DNA of 64,000 nt from Octopus vulgaris (lineage: Eukaryota), in NCBI GenBank assembly GCA_951406725.2, contig OX597815.1, forward strand, positions 155,992,001 to 156,056,000, in the 5' to 3' direction. Below the pieces are notes generated by a model. The model did not search any database and was not told the DNA's origin. It was given only the letters and a program-made list of their open reading frames with translations. Below, piece by piece: positions 55,712 through 64,000 of the stretch; positions within the stretch are counted from its first letter, which is position 1; each line of letters opens with the position of its first letter. Made by a program: the position numbers and the translations under genes.

Positions 55712-56694
55712 TATATGCCTATATAGGTACACGACATCACAAACTGTGTAAACAACATGAAGTACGAAAACAACGAGTAAAATATGCAAACAACGAGAGA
55801 AAAAAGGAAAATAAGACAAGTAATATGGAGAGCGATCCTTCATAGGTTGTCGGCTGTCAACTCTTCATTTCGATACATACATATATATATATATATATAT
55901 AATGAAAAACCAAAGCAAGAATGGAGATTTATTCACATACATACATGCATCTATATACATACATTCACATGTGCACACACATATTAGTGAAAATTTGCCC
56001 TACTACAATTCGTTTTGAAAATCATCTAGAAACGATATCAATATTATCTCAGTTTAAGTAAACATTCGGTCACTGTTATTTCAATGATGACAGCAACCAA
56101 ATCTATACCTTGGACCTATAGTTCATTATTTAGCACAAACCACCCAAGTATTAATAAACAATATGTTCAAACATCATGTAGCTTCTTTGCTTTGGACACT
56201 TTTTGAGTAACAGTGTATATTTGTTTCTTGCTCAACTCAACAACGAGATTGATAATAAGAGGAAATAATCAATATCTTATTCTGCAATCAACAAAATGAT
56301 GAAGGAAGAGGATATATGATATTTTATTGCAAAGAAGGAAGCATATGTATATGCATATTAATAGATATATGCATAACTGTTTGCGCAAATGTATGTGCAC
56401 GTGTGTCCACATATAAAATTTATGAGTGTGCGAAAATCTGTTAATACGTGAATATATATATATGTGTGTGTATAAACTTGCATACATATCTGTATATCTA
56501 TGCTTACACACAAACACACATGCATACGAATATGTATGTGTGTGTGTAACAAATATATAAAAATATATTTGTGTATATATGTGTGTATAAATATACACAC
56601 ATATATACATGCACATTTATGTATGTACATATATATGCATATATGTATGCATATATATATAAATCATTATTATTATTGTTATTATTATTATCTT

Positions 56695-57440
56695 TTTTTT
56701 CTTCTTCTTTCAAATTTGCTTCCATTTCTTGCCAAGTGTCTTCCCGACTCCTAGGGCAAAGAAACTCATAGTATACATTGGTAGGCCATTAAACTAAACT
56801 CACTTGTTCGTTCATTTTTTTTTTAAGTTAAATTAAAATACATGTGTAGTAATAGTTCTCACATCGACAATGCTCTTCTCAATACGTGTGATGTACCAGT
56901 TAAGATAACCTTCTGAACTTCTTACAGGGATGGTAAGCCGGGGATCATTCTCATATAATTTTCGGTTCCCTTCTTGATCATTCCTAGTGCTCCTACGATC
57001 ACTGGTATTGTAACCGCCTTGAGATGCCACATTTTCTCAATATCAATGAGCAGGTCTTTATATTTTCTGAGCTTGTCAAACTCTTTCGCCGAGATATTAT
57101 GATCACAGGGGATGCTCATGTCGATCAATAAGCAAACTTTATTGTTTTGGTCTTTCAGAACAATATCCGGTTTATTGGCTTTGATTGTTCGGTCTGTATG
57201 TACTAGAAAGTCCCACAGAATCGTTACATTTTCTCCTTTAGTTACAGCTTCAGGGTGGTGATTATACCACTTGTCGGCAGTTTTGATGTTGTAATGCCGA
57301 CTTATTAGCCAGTGTAGATATTGGCCAACTCTGTCATGTCTTAATTTATACTCCACTGGTGCTAAGACTTTACATCCAGAGATTAGGTGGTCCAATGTTT
57401 CAATCATGTCGTTGCAGAATCGGCATTTTGGGTCTGCTCC
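56695..57440 (-). mobile_element. Second, divergent R4/Dong-type 3' fragment (Zn knuckle + REL endonuclease + 3' UTR)
   Basis: DPKCRFCNDMIETLDHLISGC...RHDRVG...ILWDF...NKPDIV..LIDMSIP..KLRKYKDL. Flanked on both sides by (TTA)n. Confidence 0.88.
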
Positions 57441-57455
57441 ATTATTATTATTGTT

Positions 57456-57503
<48 letters not shown>

Positions 57504-57525
57504 GTTATTATTATCATTATTATTC

Positions 57526-59660
57526 AGTAGTTTTATTTTTATAACGTGCTTTCACTTCACTACCGAGCGCAGCTCTCTGTTCCTTGGGTATGTGCTGTGA
57601 TTTGTCGTGATGCTCTGATGGTTATTGTATGGAAAGTGTTCTGCGTAGGATGTGTGCAGTGCCTAGTAGTGCAATTTTCTGTATGTTATATGTGTTTGTA
57701 AGTCCTGGTGTTTTTGTTATGTATTTGTCTGAATATTTTTTTATCATGCCTAATGCACCTACTATGATAGGGATTGTTTCTGTTTTTAGATTCCACATTC
57801 TGGTTACCTCTATTTCCAGGTCTTTGTATTTTGAAAGTTTCTCCATTTCTTTTAGAGAAACGTTGACATCTGCCGGTATTGATACATCAATTAGAAAGCA
57901 ATTTTTTACTTTATGCTCTCTGACAACTATATCTGGTCTGTTGGCCTTAATTTCTCTATCTGTGTGTATCGGCATATCCCAGAGTATGGTTGCTTTCTCG
58001 TTTTCTGTGACCTTTTCTGGTGAGTGCCTATACCATCTTTTTTCTGTTGTTATTCCATAATGTTGGCATAGCTTCCAGTGTATGTAGGTTCCAACTCTGT
58101 CATGTCTGTGAATATATTCCTTCTTAGCCAGGACTGGGCAGCTAGAGATAATATGATTTATTGTTTCTTGTCCATCTCCACATATTCAGCAGTTACTTGT
58201 TATATTTCTTTTCATTACATGTTTTTGGGAATTTCTGGTCAGGAGGCTTTGGTCTTGTGCTGCAATTAAAAATCCCTCTGTCTCTGCTTTGAGACCTGAG
58301 CTTCTCAACCATTGCTGGGATTTTTCTTTGTCTATTTCTTTTGCATTTAGTTTAGTCCAGTATTTACCATGAAGGGGCTTTTTTGCCATCGTTTTATCAT
58401 GGTTCTTTGCTGTTCTAGTTTTAGTTTGGATTTCATTTGTTTTATAGCTTTTGTTGTTTCATCATCTTCTTCTTCTTCTTCTTCTTCTTCTTCTTCTTCT
58501 TCTTCTTCTTCTTCTTCTTCTTCTTCTTCTTCATATTTGTTAGGTGGTATGATTTCTTGTTTGTATTTGTCAGCTTCCTTAAATACTGAGAACAGTTTTT
58601 TGTTTTGCTCGTGTTTTGCCGCTATTTGTATCAGTTTTCCTTCCTTCTGAAGTAGATATTTTTGCAGTGGTTATTTTATAGTAGTTTTCCAGCTGTATAA
58701 GGCCTCTACCACCTTCTATACGTTGTATATATAGTCTTTCTATGTCAGATTTTGGGTGATGCATCCTAGATCCTGTCATTATTTTTCTTATTTTCCTATC
58801 TATTTTGGTCAGTTCATTTAGTGTCCAGTTAAGGATATTGTAGCTGTAACTTATAACTGGGACAGCTAAAGTGTTAATACCTATTATCTTGTTTTTAGCA
58901 TTGAGCTCTGTTTTTAGTATTAATCTAACTCGTCTATAATATTCTTTTTTATTTCCTCTTTCATTTGTGTGTGTTGTGTCTTATCTAGTTCATGGATTCC
59001 TAAGTATTTGTAAGTTTGGCTTTGGTCTAATTCTTTTATTTCATTGGTTTTATCTAGTGTGATGTTGCTACTCTTAATTAGTTTTCCTCTTTTCAGGGTT
59101 ACTTTGGCACATTTTTCTAACCCAAATTTCATATCTATTTCTTTGGTAAATCCATGAACTGTCGTTAATAGTGTTTCCAGCTGTTTGTCATTTGCAGCGT
59201 ATAGTTTTAGGTCATCCATATATAAAAGGTGGCTGATCGTTTTGCCGTAACATTTATATCCGCATCCAGTTCTATTTGGCATATCTGATAGAGGTGACAG
59301 TGCCAAGCAGAAAAGGAGTGGAGAGAGCGTGTCTCCCTGGAATATTCCTCTTCTAATGGGGATGTCTTTGGTTTTCATGAGTCCCTCTTTTGTTTGGAGG
59401 TGTAGGACTGTTTGCCATTTATTCACAGAGTGTCCTATGAATTTTATAATTGTTATTGCTACTTTGTTAATGGCTAGTGATTCGAGGATCCATGTGTGTG
59501 TGTGTGTGGGGGGGGGTGCTATCAAACGCCTTTTTGTAGCCGATCCAGGCCATACTGAGGCCTTTCTTCTTTCTGTGGCTGTCTTTAGTTATGTCTTTAT
59601 TAATCATTAGTTGATCTTTACAGCCATATGAGCCTTTGCGGCATCGTTTCTGCTCTTCTG
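57526..59660 (-). mobile_element. 5'-truncated R4/Dong-type non-LTR retrotransposon (RT + REL endonuclease), disrupted
   Basis: YKKAFDS, RRGIFQGDTLSPLLFCLAL, HLLYMDDLKLY, FGLEKC, YKYLG, ERLYIQRIEGGRGL, ETEGFLIAAQDQ, RHDRVG, NRPDIVV..LIDVSIP..KLSKYKDL. The 3' end abuts (TAA)n. Confidence 0.9.
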
Positions 59661-59924
59661 GAAACCCCCATATAGCAACCCCCATATAAAATGCAACATA
59701 ATAGCTGAGGACAGCAAATACAGAGTAAGAGCTAGCAAATGTGACAACTGTATTACCGAAAAAAACTAAATATCGTAACATCAACAGTGAACGTTTCAAA
59801 CATCAAGGAGTAAAAATTCTCTGCCTCCATGCGCAAACAATTCAATCTTCAAAATTTCAAACACGATCCCCCACTCACCAACCTGAATAAGTTGTTCTAT
59901 GGACATCGATTATTTTCATCATGT

Positions 59925-60337
59925 ACTCCTTTACTCTTTTACTTGTTTCAGTCATTTGACTGCGGCCATGCTGGAGCACCGCCTTTAGTCGAGTAAATCG
60001 ACCCCAGGACTTTTTTTTGTAAGCCTAGTACTTATTCAATCGGTCTCTTTTAGCTGAACCGCTAAGTTACAGGGACATAAACAGACCAGCATCGATTTTC
60101 AAGTGATGTTGGGGGGATAAACACAGACACAAAAACATATACACACATACGTATATATATATACATATATACGACGGTCTCCTTTCAGTTTCCGTCTACC
60201 AAATCCATTCACAAGGCTTTGGTCGGCCCAAGGCTATAGTAGAAGACACTTGCCCAAGGTGCCACGCAGCAGGACTGAACCCGGAACCATGCGGTTCGTA
60301 AGTAAGCTACTTACCACACAGCCACTCCTACGCCTAT
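59925..60337 (-). mobile_element. tRNA-derived SINE family A, full length
   Basis: Head taggcgtaggagtggctgtgtggtaag...ggttccgggttcagtcc (A/B-box-like), internal microsatellite, tail ggcggtgctccagcatggccgcagtcaaatgactgaaacaagtaaaagag. Many copies in the window. Confidence 0.9.
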
Positions 60338-61119
60338 GTGAACATTATTCATGTACGGCACACGTCATATAAACGTATGATGAATTCCCTCATGACACAG
60401 ATATATGTTCATTGTACACAGTCGTGATATCTAACAATTACCAGAAAATATATATATGCAGAAACTTTTAAATCTACTACGCCATGGACAACCTTTGCTG
60501 TCAAAATCCATGAAACTCCACAATTATGTACACATGCACATACACGAACAAACGTAAACTGCAGGCATGTTTCTGTGTGCGTGTGTGTAGGTGTGTGTGT
60601 GTGTGTATATAAGTGTGTGCGTTTGTGTGTGAATATGTGTGTGCCTGTTTAGTATTGTGCGCACATATTTTGTATGAATATGAATGTGCAAATACGCCTA
60701 CATTTACATCTATAAATTTGGTCGTGCATGAGCGTTCTCACATAAAATAGTAATAAATTAAAATAGGGTGAACGCAGTTCATTACAAAGATACCATGGCT
60801 AACGAAAGGGGAACAAAAATTACGATTTTCCTATACATTACCTCCCATGATCGGTACATTTATTTATCCCTTCATTCCTGACAATCGCGTGTAGCCTCGT
60901 GTATTTAAAGGATTGAAATGAGTACCAACGCTTCCCAAATGGCAGGCTTAATAATTGTTGAGAGATTTCTATCTCTATGAAACCATTGTTAGCCTTGCTA
61001 AACCCACAAATAAAGAATATTTATCCACTAATGAGATGCTGAACACTCATTCTCACTCTTCAAAATTAGAGACATGTATGCCTATATGTATGTGTGTATA
61101 CGCATATACATAATATACA

Positions 61120-61635
61120 TATATGGTAGCTGCCCCCTCGTTATCAAGTATGGCCATTGCACGAAGCTTAATCAATGTTGTTATTGTGCAATGCCTGTGC
61201 AAGAAGATTTTTTTTTAACGTGAGGAAAGGCTGTGCACTGAGTCAATCCCACTCACTAAGCAACAGCAGCCATAATCCGAAAAGAAGAACAAGTCAACAT
61301 CATCGGTAACCATTGAGCCGCAGGTTTTATGTCGGAGTTATCCTAGTTACCTGAGTTACCTTCTCCTAGAAGGATGCCCTAACAAAGGCTAGGTGTCCTT
61401 CACTCCCAATGGTTTAACCACGTGATCGGGTATTCAGTCCGATTATTTCTATGTCCCCGCGCATGATACAGCCTTAAGACATTTATTGGATGGCCGTTGA
61501 TTCTCAAGGGTTCCTCTGCCCCTTGACTGGTTTTGTTTTTCATCCCGCAGGGTGTCCAATAAGCACCCTCCTCATCAAGCAAGCTTGGTGGGGTTGCCGG
61601 TTTAGTCGCCGACAACCCGACCATGCAACAGGTCA
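61120..61635. mobile_element. Interspersed repeat, possibly RTE-related
   Basis: GC-richer non-coding block, part of which recurs inverted at 62050-62217. Family assignment tentative. Confidence 0.45.
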
Positions 61636-62049
61636 CTTTCGAGTGCTACTGGTAACATGTAATACATACATATATACATACATACATACATGGAAACACA
61701 CGTGTGTGTATGGCAGGAAGTGTAAAGCATATACATAACTACATTTGATGGTACATATCAAATAAGATATCACCAGCGTAGCATCCAAGTAACTCTCGTT
61801 AGTCCCTAATAAATATTCGGTTATACACATATTCAGTCAGTTGCCGAATTTTCTATGTATTTTAGTACACACACACGCGCGCGCACACACACTCACACAT
61901 ATATAAACATCGTTTTTTGTTATTTTAAGTCCGTGAGCCTTCTCTCCCAATTAAGTGTATGAGTATACATAATTACATATATGCATAAATATATGTATAT
62001 GTGCGTGTGTATGTATGTATATGAACACATAGATGTACTCAGATACTCT

Positions 62050-62217
62050 CAACCCCACCAAGCTTGCTTGATGAGGAGGGTGCTTATTGGACACCCTGCG
62101 GGATGAAAAACAAAACCAGTCAAAGGGCGGAGGAACTCTTGAGAGTCAACGGCCATCCAATAAATGTCTTAAGGCTGTATCATGCGCGGGGACATAGAAA
62201 TAATCGGACTGAATACC
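62050..62217. repeat. Inverted copy of 61429-61597
   Basis: About 168 bp reverse complement with a few mismatches. Confidence 0.9.
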
Positions 62218-62978
62218 AGCTACGATAAAGGCTCTACTTATATTTTATTACCTACTTGTATTGACGTTTAATATTTTGGCAAAATCATCATAGATAAAGA
62301 AACAAGATTTTGAGTGAGACAGCGAATGCAACCCAATTAAGATACCAACCTGAAGCAGTGCCTTTCATTTATACTGAGTTATACCTTATTAGACACATCC
62401 CACTTTCTCTACTCCTCTAAAACTCATAATTTTTGTATTATGTGTCCACTAGAAAAGAATTTAGTTTTAGATGATTTAATGAAAAGTTAATTCTGCCTTA
62501 TTTCCTTAATTTAACTTTTTTTGTTATTTTGGCTATTATATTCGTGATTATATTTGCTTCGTATTTCACGTCATCCATAAACAGAAAGCTAATTTGGTGC
62601 CAGCGTTCAATAACAGAAGCTGAGGTGTTCCTAATGGATTGCATTTACGCATTTTATTATATCCTTTTATAACCTGAATCGAAATCCTCTTGGAATCATC
62701 TTCACCTTTGTTCAATCTGCTATAGATTTATTCGACTTTAACACTAACATGAAAATGCATAGGCGTATGTCAATGCAAGAAATCAAAATAATTATATCAT
62801 TAGCTTTCGTATTAATTATTGTTGTTGTCGTTGTTGTTTTTGATGTTATTGTTATAGTTATTATCGTATTACTCTTTTATTGTTAGAGTATATTCAAATA
62901 GTATTTGCCTCACTGCATTCTAAAATACAGTCTCTAACACTGTCATATGACGAAATGGAAGATACATGTGTGTATTTG

Positions 62979-63015
<37 letters not shown>

Positions 63016-63344
63016 GTGTGCAGTTTTTTTAAATGGTATAGATTGTTATTATATTGTGTTGATCCGTATTCTCATTCATGAAATGGAAATGACAATAGTA
63101 AAAATCTTAGAACATGATGACAAAAAAATGAAACAAATTGGAACTTGATGAAAAAGAAAACAATTTATATATATATATATATATGAAATTTAAATGATGA
63201 AAATTATTTAATTATTCTAAAGAAAAGCAGAATACAGAAAAAGAAAAAAGGTAATACGGTTAATTAACATACCCAAGAGAATTAAGCATACAAGGTATAT
63301 ACTTAACTCTGATTATAAATTAATAGAAAAAATAAATATTTTGC

Positions 63345-63670
63345 TAGGAACTGTAAATGTAGGACAAGATACTGTGATAGCCTGGGCTTCCGAGGCCCAC
63401 AGCTCTTCAATATCCTCCCGAAGAACCTAAGAGACCTGCATGGGGTGGATGCAGATGTCTTTAAAATGAAACTGGATCTCTTCTTGTCAGGTATCCCAGA
63501 TGAACCAACTTCACGGCAGGAGGTGCAGATGAGGGCAGCTGCATCGAACTCTCTCATGCACCAAATGGCAGTTGCCAAAAAGTATTCGTGAAGTAAAACC
63601 ATGTAGCAACACCAAATGGCGGTGCCCCAGCATGGCCACAGCTCGTGAGCTGAAACTAGAATCAATCAAT
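63345..63670 (+). mobile_element. 3' end of a CR1/L2-group LINE
   Basis: RTRYCDSLGFRGPQLFNILPKNLRDLHGVDADVFKMKLDLFLSGIPDEP, then tail ggcggtgccccagcatggccacagctc...tgaaactagaatcaatcaatc. Confidence 0.7.
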
Positions 63671-64000
63671 CTGAATTTGTGAATTCCTATATTTATCGAT
63701 TTACCAACACAGTCATCATAGAAAAACATACATTATAAAAGTGACATTATGTTTTGTTCAACAGTTTTTAGATTATATGGCAGGCAAATACAGGATTACA
63801 CAGGTGTATTTTGAAAAAAGCAATTGAATAAATGTAAGACATATTACTTACCGGATCGTTGTTAGGATCCAAGGCTTCGACCAAGGTCTTTACGTGGCCA
63901 TCAGCGACAACTCTATGTTGGACGTTAGCTCCATGACACATTACGACAAGAATTCGCGCACTTAAAATTTGTAGGCAGTGATGTGTACATTGCCGTCGCC

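Overview
Eukaryotic, AT-rich, microsatellite-saturated DNA. The SINE families and repeat landscape look like an octopus (cephalopod) genome; this is my inference. Almost all listed ORFs are microsatellite translation noise. The only convincing host coding sequence is one minus-strand exon (13462-13708), so much of the window is probably intron or gene flank. Transposon content includes tRNA-derived SINEs, Tc1/mariner remnants, two R4/Dong-type LINE fragments in (TAA)n, a CR1-like LINE tail and a MITE carrying telomere-like repeats. The main result is a spacer-less 5.3-kb palindrome (28659-33980) made of two back-to-back copies of a 5'-truncated Penelope-like retroelement (RT + GIY-YIG). About a dozen short Penelope-type termini, many folded back and most next to (TA)n, carry minimal type-I hammerhead ribozyme folds. 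These folds show three alternative Watson-Crick versions of the core 3-8 pair (C-G, U-A and an unusual G-C). All structures were read by eye; no searches or folding programs were run.
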